A program made the translations under genes and the position numbers. Below, in pieces: positions 8,234-17,672 of a stretch of 44,995 nucleotides of DNA (its first letter is position 1; every line of letters starts with the position of its first letter). Below the pieces are notes generated by a model that saw nothing but the letters and a program-made list of their open reading frames with translations, was not told the DNA's origin and ran no database searches. Source of the DNA: a virus (Duplodnaviria > Caudoviricetes); IMG/VR virus record IMGVR_UViG_3300030372_005089, positions 1 through 44,995 of that record; one strand, 5' to 3'.

Positions 8234-8313
8234 TCTGAAAATCCTTCGAATTGTGTGGCCATATGGCCACGGTTTATGCCCCCCCCGACAACGTGTCGGG
8301 GGCGGGCGTGGGT

Positions 8314-8333
8314 GGTTGGTTCGCGAACCAACC
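8314..8333. repeat. Palindrome motif A (GGTTGGTTCGCGAACCAACC)
   Basis: 20-bp perfect palindrome in the leader of 7415-8233. Confidence 0.9.
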
Positions 8334-8404
8334 GGGCTATTCACTTGTCAGGCCCCCCGGGGGGGGCGGTGGTACACGCTGTCATGTGGCTCAGCGGTGA
8401 CTAC

Positions 8405-8432
8405 AGGATACCATGTATTTCGGCATTGTCAA
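8405..8432 (-). promoter_or_regulatory. Sigma70-type promoter TTGACA-16-TATCCT with TGn extension
   Basis: Minus strand reads TTGACA ATGCCGAAATACATGG TATCCT. Confidence 0.65.
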
Positions 8433-8825
8433 GCGTATACTTGAACGAATTCTCGGGGGGGATATGGCACCCCCCATATCGGCTCGCTATCGGGGGTGGC
8501 TCATTTCAGAATCGGCGATATTGAGTCAATATCGGGGGTGGAAAAAAAAACGAGAATCTGAAATCGTCCACGAGAAGCCCCCACGCCTTGCGTCATGGCT
8601 TCCAGCATCCAAGGCCCTACGGCATACCGAACAATGGAAAGCCATAGAGCCCAGCCACGGGGATCTGGAGAGACATTTTTACCGATGCTACCCACGGCCA
8701 TACGGGGGGAAATACGCCCCACTGGGCCACGAATAAGGGAAGCCCATACGCCCCACGCTACGCCCCCACGGGGGGTAGCCACTCCGCCCATATCCGGGGG
8801 GGATCATCTACGGACAGGGAGAGTT

Positions 8826-8843
8826 GTTGGTTCGCGAACCAAC
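8826..8843. repeat. Palindrome motif A
   Basis: 18-bp perfect copy directly before the CCGAAC repeat array. Confidence 0.9.
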
Positions 8844-8916
8844 CGAACAAATACCGAACGGCCACCCAACCCGAACATCGACCGAACAAGCACCCAACCC
8901 GAACATCGACCGAACA
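8843..8916 (+). repeat. Iteron-like array: six CCGAAC hexamers with 28-bp periodicity
   Basis: CCGAAC at 8843, 8854, 8871, 8882, 8899, 8910; 26-bp exact repeat at 8863-8888 and 8891-8916. Confidence 0.85.
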
Positions 8917-9071
8917 GGCCCGGACCGCCCCCCGCCACCTAACAGGGCCCTAACAGGCTCCGGAGCCTGCGGCGCTGTCACAAAATAACTTTGCCACTCG
9001 GTGGGGGTCGTTTCTTGTATTATGCTATCCCCCCCCAGAAATCTACACGGGTTTTCTAGCGTTCCTATGGA

Positions 9072-9091
9072 CCGTAAACTATAGTTGACGG
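9072..9091. promoter_or_regulatory. Palindrome motif B (CCGTAAACTATAGTTGACGG)
   Basis: Near-perfect 20-bp palindrome ending 1 bp before the ATG of the putative small terminase. Confidence 0.8.
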
Positions 9092-9092
9092 C

Positions 9093-9557
9093 ATGGACAA
9101 GAGATCCTTACGAGCAGAGTTGGTGCGCAAGGGTGTTTGGACACGCTTCTGTGCCAAGCGAAACGAATACGAATCAGGGGGCCTGAAGCCGAACGAGGCG
9201 TATGAGAAGGCAGCGGGGGAACTGCTGGGGCGTTCTCTAGGGGAAGGCAGCGAGGCGGCACTTGAGGGCGTTGTAGAGAGTGGTGTGTTTACGGAGACTG
9301 GGGCATCTACCCCAGAGTGTGTAGGCTGGGTGGCGAAGCACATGATGGTGAAGGATGTGCATCCCGAACAGGCACCGAGCAGCGAAGCGTGGTCGATGTT
9401 GTGTTGGGCGAGGCGGAACAACCAGAACGAGGCCCAGTTCTGGGGTCAGATTTACACCAAGTTGTTGCCGAGTCGTAGTCAGTTGGATGCTGAGCAGAAG
9501 TACAAGGACGACGGCAGGAAGGTGTTGTCGGTCATTGAGAGGTTGAAGCGTGGGTGA
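9093..9557 (+). CDS. Putative terminase small subunit
   Basis: 154 aa, directly upstream of and overlapping the large terminase; positional call. Confidence 0.6.
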   Translation: MDKRSLRAELVRKGVWTRFCAKRNEYESGGLKPNEAYEKAAGELLGRSLGEGSEAALEGVVESGVFTETGASTPECVGWVAKHMMVKDVHPEQAPSSEAWSMLCWARRNNQNEAQFWGQIYTKLLPSRSQLDAEQKYKDDGRKVLSVIERLKRG

Positions 9558-11280
9558 GTATTACGACTTGGTGCCCAAGGATTACGATAAGAACCTTGCG
9601 TATCGGTCGGAGTTGCTGGACGAGGCTATTGAAAATCCCAGCGTGCGCGAGGAACTGTGGATCGCGTGCAGCCGGGATTTGTTGTTTTACATCAACATGT
9701 TTGGTTGGACGTACGACCCCCGGAAGGCAAACGGGGTGTTGCCGTTCATAACATATAAGTTTCAAGACGAATCTATGCGCCAGATACGTGACTGCATTCT
9801 TGATGGACGGGATTTGGTCATCAAGAAGAGTCGGGATATGGGTGCTTCGTGGATGCTGCTGACGGTGTTTGAGTGGTTTTGGCACTTCAAGGACGGGCAG
9901 AGTTTCTTGCTGGTGAGCCGGAACGAGGATTATGTGGACAAGACGGGGAACCCCAAGGCGTTGTTTTGGAAGATTGATTTCATCCACAAGCATTTGCCGA
10001 ACTGGTTGATCCCGAACATAACCCGTACCAAGTTGCGTTTGACCAACGAGGACAATGGAAGCAGCATTGATGGTGAGTCAACTACTGGGGATGTCGCTCG
10101 CGGCGACCGGAGGACCGCTATTGGACTGGATGAGTTTGCTGCGTTCGAGGTCGATTCGTCGTACCGTGCGTTGGCTTCGACGCGTGACGCTACGCGTTGC
10201 CGGATTTTCAATTCGACTCCTGCTGGCTCCAGTAACGCGTTTTACGACATTGCCCATTCTGATGGATTCGAGCAACTTGGGTTGCACTGGTCGCTCCACC
10301 CAGAGAAGGCCGAGGGGTTGTACGAGCAGGGCGGAAAGATCCGCTCTCCTTGGTACGACGCGGAGTGTAAGAGGTGTGCGCACTCACAGGAAATAGCGCA
10401 AGAACTCGACATTGATTTTGCTGGATCTGATTATCAATTCTTTGATTCAAAGATGCTAACCCGGCAAATAGCCGAGTTTGCCAAACCTCCAATGAAGGTG
10501 GGCGATGTTCAAATTCATCAAGAAAGTTGTACAGTTATGGCCTTTCACTCGGCACCGAAAGGACGGCTACGCCTGTGGTTTGACCCCGGAGCGGCAAGCC
10601 GAGTACCGACAGATGGCCCTTTTGCGTTGGGTGTTGATATTGCTACTGGGACTGGTAGTAGCAACTCGGTTATATCAATAGGCAACTGCAAGACCGGTGA
10701 AAAGGTGGCCGAGTTTGTAGATTCGCGAACAAGGCCCGAGGAGTTGGGCCGCATCGCTGTTGCGTTGGCACGCTGGTTTTCTGATGCCAACGGCAAGGGA
10801 GCGTACATTGTGTGGGAAGCCCCCGGCCCCGGCAGGAATTTTGGCGATACTGTTATCGAATCTGGATATAGAAACTTTTATTTCAAAGAAGACGATGCTA
10901 AACTACGCAAAGGTAGTGGCAGCAGGATACCGGGTTGGTGGCCTACAAAAGACAACAAGCGTGCGTTGTACGCTGAGTACAGGGACGCGTTGGCTAACGG
11001 TCGGTTTTTAAATCGAAGCAAGGACGCACTCTCCGAGTGCAGGGAAATTGTATACACAGCACACGGCTGGATTCAACATTCAAAAACGAACTCTTCGATG
11101 GACCCAAGCGGTGCGCGTGAAAACCACGGCGACCGCCCAACAGCAGACGCCCTGCTGAACCTTGGCATGAAAAGCAAGGTGGTCAAGCAAGGCGGTAAAG
11201 AAACGGTCGTTTCCGAAGGTTCTCTAGCGTGGCGTCGACGTGAATACGAAACCAGACGCAGGCGAGTGGACTACTGGTAA
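9550..11280 (+). CDS. terL: Terminase large subunit
   Basis: KSRDMGASW Walker A, GLDEFA Walker B, NSTP coupling motif, GVDIATG and HGDRPTAD nuclease motifs. Confidence 0.92.
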   Translation: MGEYYDLVPKDYDKNLAYRSELLDEAIENPSVREELWIACSRDLLFYINMFGWTYDPRKANGVLPFITYKFQDESMRQIRDCILDGRDLVIKKSRDMGASWMLLTVFEWFWHFKDGQSFLLVSRNEDYVDKTGNPKALFWKIDFIHKHLPNWLIPNITRTKLRLTNEDNGSSIDGESTTGDVARGDRRTAIGLDEFAAFEVDSSYRALASTRDATRCRIFNSTPAGSSNAFYDIAHSDGFEQLGLHWSLHPEKAEGLYEQGGKIRSPWYDAECKRCAHSQEIAQELDIDFAGSDYQFFDSKMLTRQIAEFAKPPMKVGDVQIHQESCTVMAFHSAPKGRLRLWFDPGAASRVPTDGPFALGVDIATGTGSSNSVISIGNCKTGEKVAEFVDSRTRPEELGRIAVALARWFSDANGKGAYIVWEAPGPGRNFGDTVIESGYRNFYFKEDDAKLRKGSGSRIPGWWPTKDNKRALYAEYRDALANGRFLNRSKDALSECREIVYTAHGWIQHSKTNSSMDPSGARENHGDRPTADALLNLGMKSKVVKQGGKETVVSEGSLAWRRREYETRRRRVDYW

Positions 11281-13097
11281 TGGCTAAACAAAACAAACAA
11301 TACAACGACAAGATGAATCGCCTTTCAGAGGCGATTATGTACAGCCGTAGGAAGATGCAGCCGTTTAGAGAGAACCGGTTGCGTGCAATCCGACAGTATG
11401 TCGGCGCAAACTACAGCGATGCGGGTTCAGAAGACAAGGTGCCGATTAACCTGCTTGAGCAGGCGATCAACATTTACCGTCGCATGGTGGCTGCAACGCG
11501 TCCACACGTTCTCGTTCGTACCAAAAACAACGACTTAAAGGCGGAATCAGCCAACTTTGAGGCGGTAATTAACCACACCCTTGATGAAATTGGCTTTGAA
11601 GAGACGCTGCAGCGTTGGGTTTTGGACTCAATGTTTGGTTTGGGCATAGTCAAGGTGGGCCTTACACCGGGCCGTGTAGGCGAAATTGATGGATTCATGC
11701 ACGATGTTGGCCAAGTGTTTGTCGACAACGTTGATTTTGAAGACTTCTGCTTCGATATGACGGCAAAACGTTGGGATCAGGTCCAATTTTGCGGCAATCG
11801 GTACACTTTGCCGTACGAAATGGTCATGGACATGAAGTTGTTTGGCAACAAGCCGATCAGTCCTAACCCAATGTACAAAACTACCAACGAACAGGGCGAC
11901 GAACGCGTTACTACGCTGCAAACTGGCGGCGAATCAGTCGGTACAGAGCAGTACATGCCTGTAATCGAGTTGTGGGACGTTTGGTTGCCGTACGAAAACG
12001 TAGTTGTAACCGTACAAGCGGACGAACACGCTGGTGGTTTTTACAACAACGAGCCATTGCAGGTGGTTGATTGGGCGGGTCCAGAGGTTGGCCCGTACCA
12101 CCTGCTCTCAATGGGCGACGTGCCGGGCAACATCATGCCGTTGTCGCCTGCGAGCCTACTTGTCGACCTGCATGAACTTGTCAACCGGCTGTTCCGCAAG
12201 TTGGGACGCCAAGCAGAGCGTCAAAAGACGCTTACTGTGGTTGCTGGCGGTGCAGAAGAGGACGGTCGGCGTATTGTCAACGCGTCAGACGGCGAAACGG
12301 TTATGTCTGACAGGCCGGAAGCAACGCGAGAGATGAAGTTTGGTGGGGTTGATTCCCCATCTTTGGCCTTCATGATTCAATTGAAGGACATGTTCTCGTA
12401 CCTTGGCGGCAACTTAGACTCGCTTGGCGGCCTTGCCCCAAGTGCAAAGAGCGGCAAGCACGACTCGTTGCTCCGTCAGTCTGCTTCTGTGCGTATCGAC
12501 GACATGCAAGCCCGCACCACCAACGCTGTGCGTAAGGCAATTGAATCTATTGCTGATTACATTTACTACGACCCTGCACCGTCAACTAGAGTTTACCGCG
12601 ACATTCCAAACTCAGACCTTTCGGTCAAGGTTGACTTTGATCCAGAAATTCGCGAAGGCGATTTCTTGGATTATGCAATTGACATTGCTCCATACTCACT
12701 GCAGTCGCGTAGTCCGCAGGAACGCCTGCAGGTCATCAACGAACTTATGACTGGTGTGGTCATGCCAATGTCGCAACAACTGCAGCAACGCGGCATTGTG
12801 CCAGACATGGATCGCTACATGGAAATTGTTTCCAAGTATTCGCACATGTCTGAACTGGCTGAAATCTTGAAGATCGCAGATTTCGCAGAGATGGAAACGA
12901 TGCAGGAGATGGCTGAGATGGGCGGAGGCGGCGCACAGGGGGCTGGCAAGCCACCAGTGACCGAGCGTAGGTACGTTCGGGAAAACGTCGCTATGGGCGG
13001 TACAAGGGCTGGCAGAGACGCGGAGATGAGTAAAGCCTTGATGGGCGGCGACAATGCTATTAACAACACGGCAATGGAAGGTGGAACTGGTGGCTAA
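11280..13097 (+). CDS. Portal (head-tail connector) protein
   Basis: 605 aa directly after TerL; DSMFGLGIVKVG and IELWDVW portal-like segments. Confidence 0.85.
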   Translation: MAKQNKQYNDKMNRLSEAIMYSRRKMQPFRENRLRAIRQYVGANYSDAGSEDKVPINLLEQAINIYRRMVAATRPHVLVRTKNNDLKAESANFEAVINHTLDEIGFEETLQRWVLDSMFGLGIVKVGLTPGRVGEIDGFMHDVGQVFVDNVDFEDFCFDMTAKRWDQVQFCGNRYTLPYEMVMDMKLFGNKPISPNPMYKTTNEQGDERVTTLQTGGESVGTEQYMPVIELWDVWLPYENVVVTVQADEHAGGFYNNEPLQVVDWAGPEVGPYHLLSMGDVPGNIMPLSPASLLVDLHELVNRLFRKLGRQAERQKTLTVVAGGAEEDGRRIVNASDGETVMSDRPEATREMKFGGVDSPSLAFMIQLKDMFSYLGGNLDSLGGLAPSAKSGKHDSLLRQSASVRIDDMQARTTNAVRKAIESIADYIYYDPAPSTRVYRDIPNSDLSVKVDFDPEIREGDFLDYAIDIAPYSLQSRSPQERLQVINELMTGVVMPMSQQLQQRGIVPDMDRYMEIVSKYSHMSELAEILKIADFAEMETMQEMAEMGGGGAQGAGKPPVTERRYVRENVAMGGTRAGRDAEMSKALMGGDNAINNTAMEGGTGG

Positions 13098-13380
13098 AAA
13101 GAAAGGCTCAATGAAGGGCTTTACCCAAAAGTCTGGCGACAAGCGCCCAACCAAATCTGGCGCTGGTATGACCGCTAAGGGTGTAGCGAAGTACCGTCGC
13201 CAAAACCCCGGAAGCAAATTGAAGACTGCGGTAACCGGCAAGGCTAAACCGGGCAGCAAGGATGCAAAGCGACGCAAGTCTTTTTGTGCACGGTCTGCTG
13301 GACAGATGAAGAAGTTTCCGAAGGCAGCCAAAGACCCGAACAGTCGTCTTCGGCAAGCAAGAAAAAGGTGGAAGTGTTAG
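13090..13380 (+). CDS. Small basic phage protein (RRKSFCAR...RWKC type)
   Basis: GTG at 13090 overlaps the portal stop; Lys/Arg-rich. Confidence 0.8.
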   Translation: MAKKKGSMKGFTQKSGDKRPTKSGAGMTAKGVAKYRRQNPGSKLKTAVTGKAKPGSKDAKRRKSFCARSAGQMKKFPKAAKDPNSRLRQARKRWKC

Positions 13381-13473
13381 ATGGCTCACAAAAAAGGTGG
13401 ATGCGGCTGCAAACACAAGTCAACCAAGCCTCGCAAGAAGGCAACAGTGAAGAAGGGCAAACGTCGTGGCTAA
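13381..13473 (+). CDS. 30-aa basic peptide MAHKKGGCGCKHKS...
   Basis: Translated by hand; abuts the upstream stop and overlaps the next start. Confidence 0.6.
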   Translation: MAHKKGGCGCKHKSTKPRKKATVKKGKRRG

Positions 13474-13621
13474 GAAAAAGACAGGCGGAAAAAAGGACGC
13501 ATGCTACTACAAGGTCAAGAGCCGATACACCAAGTGGCCTTCGGCTTACGCTAGCGGCGCTCTGGTTAAATGCCGCAAAAAAGGGGCTGCAAATTGGGGA
13601 ACCGGCGGAAAGAAAAAGTAG
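13466..13621 (+). CDS. 51-aa basic protein (KKDACYYKVKSRYTKWPSAYASGALVKCRK)
   Basis: Translated by hand; GTG start; motif familiar from aquatic phage genomes. Confidence 0.75.
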   Translation: MAKKKTGGKKDACYYKVKSRYTKWPSAYASGALVKCRKKGAANWGTGGKKK

Positions 13622-13629
13622 GTAGTCCT

Positions 13630-14142
13630 TTGTGGCGATTGAATGTAGTCACGGAAATCAAGAACTGGAGTCGCCAAGTTCTTGAAAAGCCATCTACCCA
13701 CTTCAACGGTTTGCCCCCGTGCCCCTACGCCCGGCAGGCGTGGTCCAGTGAATCTGTAAAAGTTGATTTCGGCAACGCAGAAACGATTATCAAACACTGC
13801 AACAACTGGGACGAAAAAGTTGAATTGTTGATTGTTGTTGCTGAAAATTGGGACTTCAAAAAACTCGAAGAATGGTGCGAAGAACAGAACAACATTCTTG
13901 CTAAAGACGATCTAACCCTGATGGCTTTTGTCCCTGACGACGACGCGCAAGACACGGGTCAGCCTATCGAAGAGCAGGAAAATTGGGACAGTTTAATTGA
14001 AGAACTATACGCTATGGTTTTTATACAACGCTTGTCATTGGTGAACGGGGCAAGCAAAAAACTTGAACGCAAGGGCTACTACAAAAACTGTACGGCGGAG
14101 TTTTTGGAGTACGTTTTTAAACGCCGGAAAAGGACAGAATGA
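13630..14142 (+). CDS. Hypothetical protein with PCPYA motif (DUF1415-like); start uncertain
   Basis: NGLPPCPYARQAW; fills the gap between basic-protein genes. Confidence 0.65.
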   Translation: MWRLNVVTEIKNWSRQVLEKPSTHFNGLPPCPYARQAWSSESVKVDFGNAETIIKHCNNWDEKVELLIVVAENWDFKKLEEWCEEQNNILAKDDLTLMAFVPDDDAQDTGQPIEEQENWDSLIEELYAMVFIQRLSLVNGASKKLERKGYYKNCTAEFLEYVFKRRKRTE

Positions 14143-14143
14143 T

Positions 14144-14263
14144 ATGCGTGGCAAAAAGAAGGCAATGAAGAAGAACGGCATGAAGAAGAACGGTATGAAG
14201 AATGGTATGAAGAATGGCATGAAGAGTGCCATGCCGAGCAGACGCAAGAAGAAGAAGATGTAA
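14144..14263 (+). CDS. 39-aa Lys/Met-rich repeat peptide
   Basis: MRGKKKAMKKNGMKKNGMKNGMKNGMKS...; TAATG coupling to the next gene. Confidence 0.7.
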   Translation: MRGKKKAMKKNGMKKNGMKNGMKNGMKSAMPSRRKKKKM

Positions 14264-14484
14264 TGGCTAAGAAGAAGACTGGCCTCAAAAAATGGTTCTC
14301 CCAAAACAAGGGCAAGGGCTGGATTGACTGTAAAACAGGCAAGCCTTGTGGCCGCAAGTCTGCCAAGGGGGGCAGCAAGCGGCCTTATCCTGCTTGCCGC
14401 CCTACCAAGGCTCAATGCACACGCAAAGGGACATCGGCTAAGAAGGGGCCGGGCCGGGTGTCTTGGAAATCAAAAAAGAAGTGA
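14263..14484 (+). CDS. Small basic protein (GLKKWF...KTGKPCGRKS...YPACRP)
   Basis: 73 aa, coupled start. Confidence 0.8.
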   Translation: MAKKKTGLKKWFSQNKGKGWIDCKTGKPCGRKSAKGGSKRPYPACRPTKAQCTRKGTSAKKGPGRVSWKSKKK

Positions 14485-14491
14485 GCGAAAT

Positions 14492-14866
14492 ATGCCAACC
14501 TACGTTTACGTGAACAAACAAACCAACGAACAAATCCAACGTACTTGGACTGTCCATGAAATGCTTGAGCAAGAAGGCAACCTTGACGGCATTACTGTGG
14601 ATGGCAAGTTTTACCAGCGTGATTACGCTGCAGAACATTGCAAGGTCACTGAAAACGGGTGTGCGAGTTGGCCCATGAAGAGCGATGCCGCTGGCGTGCA
14701 CCCCAACCAAGTCAAGGAATTTTCGGAAAAATCCCAAAAAATGGGTGTGCCCACGCAGTTTGATGGTAAAACCGGGCAAGCAATTTTTACAAGTAGAGCA
14801 CACAGGGCAAAGTATTTGAAGTCTGTGGGCATTCATGATCGCAATGGCGGATATGGAGACGGCTAA
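14492..14866 (+). CDS. Hypothetical protein (MPTYVY start, FmdB-like but without the Cys ligands)
   Basis: ATG at 14492; TAATG coupling to the scaffold gene. Confidence 0.7.
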   Translation: MPTYVYVNKQTNEQIQRTWTVHEMLEQEGNLDGITVDGKFYQRDYAAEHCKVTENGCASWPMKSDAAGVHPNQVKEFSEKSQKMGVPTQFDGKTGQAIFTSRAHRAKYLKSVGIHDRNGGYGDG

Positions 14867-15753
14867 TGGCTGATGAGAAGCAAGACAATCCTATGGACTT
14901 CGAAGAGCCTACTGACGGTGGCATTAGTGCTGCTAGCCCTGTGGTAGAACCCGAGGTCGAAGAAGCTGAAGAAGTTGAAGAAGACAACGATTGGGAAGAA
15001 GACAACACAGAAGGCGAAGAAGAAGAGGAATACGAATACGAATCCAATGAATCAGAGGACGCGGCTAAACTTCCTCTTGATGTTATTGAAGAAGCCATCG
15101 GTTATGGTTTGACTTCGAGTGAAATCGAAAGTTTAGGGTCTGAAGACAACATTGCCGCAGTCTTGGCGATCCTTGATCGCAAGATTGAATCTACCGCCGA
15201 CACCAGCCCCAGCGACTCGGTGTACGACGATGATGATGACCCATTCGCTGACCCCGACGAAAATACCGGGGTTCAAAACTCGGAGGTTGCCGAACTCCGA
15301 AAGCAGGTCAAGGCGTTGGAGGCTGCAATTAAAGGCCAATCCGAACGCCCTGATGCTGACAAATTGTTTGGTCTTCTTGACTCCGACTACGACGACTTGT
15401 TTGGAGAAGTCGGCGGAGATTTGACCAAGACACATACGCGTAACCGCAACAAGGTTTTGCAGGAACTCGACACTATTCAGGCTGGATATAAGGCTCGCAA
15501 GCGTGCTATCCCCAGCAATCGTCGCTTGTTCAAGCAGGCCGTGCGAAGCGTTTTTGGCGAACACGAGTCTAAAGTCGTCAAAAAGAAATTTTCGGACTCG
15601 GCAAAGAAGCGTCAATCCCAATTCATCAATCGTGTGAATTCAAGGGATGCGCGCCGACCCAAGGATAGTCGTTCATCTGCGATTGATTCAGTCAAGAAGT
15701 TCTTGGCGGATCGCGGATACAACGATTTGGAGTCGGTTGAAACTTTCGAATGA
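14866..15753 (+). CDS. Putative capsid scaffolding protein
   Basis: Very acidic N-terminus, coiled coil, basic C-terminus; immediately before the capsid gene. Confidence 0.7.
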   Translation: MADEKQDNPMDFEEPTDGGISAASPVVEPEVEEAEEVEEDNDWEEDNTEGEEEEEYEYESNESEDAAKLPLDVIEEAIGYGLTSSEIESLGSEDNIAAVLAILDRKIESTADTSPSDSVYDDDDDPFADPDENTGVQNSEVAELRKQVKALEAAIKGQSERPDADKLFGLLDSDYDDLFGEVGGDLTKTHTRNRNKVLQELDTIQAGYKARKRAIPSNRRLFKQAVRSVFGEHESKVVKKKFSDSAKKRQSQFINRVNSRDARRPKDSRSSAIDSVKKFLADRGYNDLESVETFE

Positions 15754-15761
15754 GGCATTAA

Positions 15762-16832
15762 ATGGCTACACTTCAAGCAGATGATATTGCTGATCTGATC
15801 ACGATCACGCAGAAGGATCTCGGAAAACTCCGCTGGACGGACCTTTCCTACGACCTTCAGGAGTACATTGCCCTCCCGGCTATTCTCCAGAAGGAAAAGG
15901 TTAGTTACGGTTCTGGCTTTGGTATGCAGTGGAACGTCATGACTGGCACCAGCGGTGCTACTCGCGACGTTGGCCTGTATGAAGTTGATTCGGTGAACGT
16001 GGCTGATGTCATGACCACTGCCACCATCCCGTGGCGGCACATGACCACCAACTACGCAATCGAACGACGCGAAATTGCGATGAACACCGGCGCTGCACAG
16101 ATCGTTGATCTTGTGAAGATCCGTCGTCATGACGCAATGGTCGACCTTGCCAAGCACCTTGAAACCCGTTGGTGGTCCAAGCCCGACACCTCCAGCGACA
16201 CCCTCAAAATTTTTGGCGTCCCCTACTGGATTACTTGGACTGACAACTCCAGCACCAACGCCAATGGTGGTTTTGACGGTGGCAACCCGGACGGTTTCAG
16301 TGCAGGCGCAGGCGGCATCGACTCCGCCAGCGTTACTAATTGGAAGAACTGGTGTGCTAAGTACAGCACGGTTTCTTCGACTGATTTGATTCGTAAGTGG
16401 CGTAAGGCTGCTACGTTTACCAAGTTCCTTGCACCCGCTCCAAGCCCGTCTTACGGACAGGCACCCCGATACGGGTACTACACCAATTACGATGTGATTG
16501 GACCGCTCGAAGAAGTTCTGGAAGCACAGAACGACAACCTCGGCAACGACATTGCCTCCAAGGACGGACAACTTCTTTTCCGTCAGGTTCCTGTAACTTG
16601 GTGCCCGTTCCTCGAAGATCGAGCCGGTGACCCAATCTACGGAATCAACTGGGGCCAGTTCAAGCCCGCGTTCCTCTCCGGTGAATACCTCCGCGAAGAG
16701 GGTCCAGTCAAGGCCAGTAACCAGCACACCGTCTTCCAGACGCATGTTGACCTGACCATGAACGTCATGTGTACTGATCGACGCGCGAACTTCGTGCTCG
16801 CTACCGCACAACCCGACCCGACCGTCAGCTGA
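15762..16832 (+). CDS. Major capsid protein
   Basis: 356 aa after scaffold, GAGG RBS, high-expression-like codon use, HK97-like size and sequence pattern. Confidence 0.8.
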   Translation: MATLQADDIADLITITQKDLGKLRWTDLSYDLQEYIALPAILQKEKVSYGSGFGMQWNVMTGTSGATRDVGLYEVDSVNVADVMTTATIPWRHMTTNYAIERREIAMNTGAAQIVDLVKIRRHDAMVDLAKHLETRWWSKPDTSSDTLKIFGVPYWITWTDNSSTNANGGFDGGNPDGFSAGAGGIDSASVTNWKNWCAKYSTVSSTDLIRKWRKAATFTKFLAPAPSPSYGQAPRYGYYTNYDVIGPLEEVLEAQNDNLGNDIASKDGQLLFRQVPVTWCPFLEDRAGDPIYGINWGQFKPAFLSGEYLREEGPVKASNQHTVFQTHVDLTMNVMCTDRRANFVLATAQPDPTVS

Positions 16833-16850
16833 TAGAAAGGAACTAGACAT

Positions 16851-17648
16851 ATGGCACAGGGTATTGTTACATACGATGCGGGCGGCATTACTGGCGCATT
16901 CGAAGCGCTTAGTGATCCGTTCCGTGCGTGGAATCACTTTGAAGATTTCAACGGAGCACTGGTTGGTCAGAAGATTGACCTCGGCTCCACTGATACTGCA
17001 ATTTTGGGAATGCCCAACGTTCTCTGTTCTACTGATGGAACTCTTGGAAACCAAACTGCTCTTGCAGCAGGTGGCGAAGCAGGCGGTACCGTCTCGTTTA
17101 CGCCGGGTGACGGCGCAACAGAAGGAATTACTATTCCCACTTGTCTTATCAACCCGCGTGGTGGCAAGAAGTGGTTTGTAGAATTCCGACTTAAGATCAA
17201 CTTCATTGGCAGTGGTCTTAAGATGGGTCTCTCTGAAAGCGTTAGCCCGACCGCAGTTTTGAGCACTGCAGGCGCTAGTGTTGACGGCGGAACCGGCGTT
17301 GATCAGGTCATGGTTGGTTTTGATACGTCAACCACGACTGACGGCAACCTTGAGTATTACATTTCCACCGATGGCACTTCTGGCACCCACAGTGGCGTTG
17401 GCGGTATGCACGCTGACGCACAGTTTGTTGTTGACACTTACCACCGTGTCAGCATCGAAGGCGACGGCGACGGAGGCGCAAGGTTCTACTTTGACGGTAA
17501 CTTGATCAAGGCCACTGGCTCGAATGCCAACAGCTTTGTTGAAGCCGGGTCAGACATGACCGCCGTGGCTTGTGCGCCGATGATCGCGGCTGACGATGAT
17601 GAATCGACCGTTGAAGTTGATTACATCTATGTTGCTTGCGAACGCTGA
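16851..17648 (+). CDS. Putative virion/capsid decoration protein
   Basis: Gly/Thr/Asp-rich, beta-type pattern (YHRVSIE, RFYFDG, VDYIYV); strong AAGGA RBS after the capsid gene. Confidence 0.55.
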   Translation: MAQGIVTYDAGGITGAFEALSDPFRAWNHFEDFNGALVGQKIDLGSTDTAILGMPNVLCSTDGTLGNQTALAAGGEAGGTVSFTPGDGATEGITIPTCLINPRGGKKWFVEFRLKINFIGSGLKMGLSESVSPTAVLSTAGASVDGGTGVDQVMVGFDTSTTTDGNLEYYISTDGTSGTHSGVGGMHADAQFVVDTYHRVSIEGDGDGGARFYFDGNLIKATGSNANSFVEAGSDMTAVACAPMIAADDDESTVEVDYIYVACER

Positions 17649-17672
17649 TTAGAAGACTCTCTTCTCCCCAGC

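Noticed and set aside
742-8843. Palindrome A copies as a CRISPR array
   Set aside because: Spacing is hundreds to thousands of bp and contains whole genes; no cas operon. The Cas4-like nuclease sits beside a RecT-like gene, as in ordinary phage recombination modules
10722-10730. Short TTCGCGAA matches in terL and other structural genes
   Set aside because: Only the central 8-9 bp match, as expected by chance
15612-17054. Long antisense ORFs (480 aa here; also 4420-5625, 20585-21592, 22340-23659)
   Set aside because: Shadows of well-supported genes on the opposite strand, with no motifs or RBS
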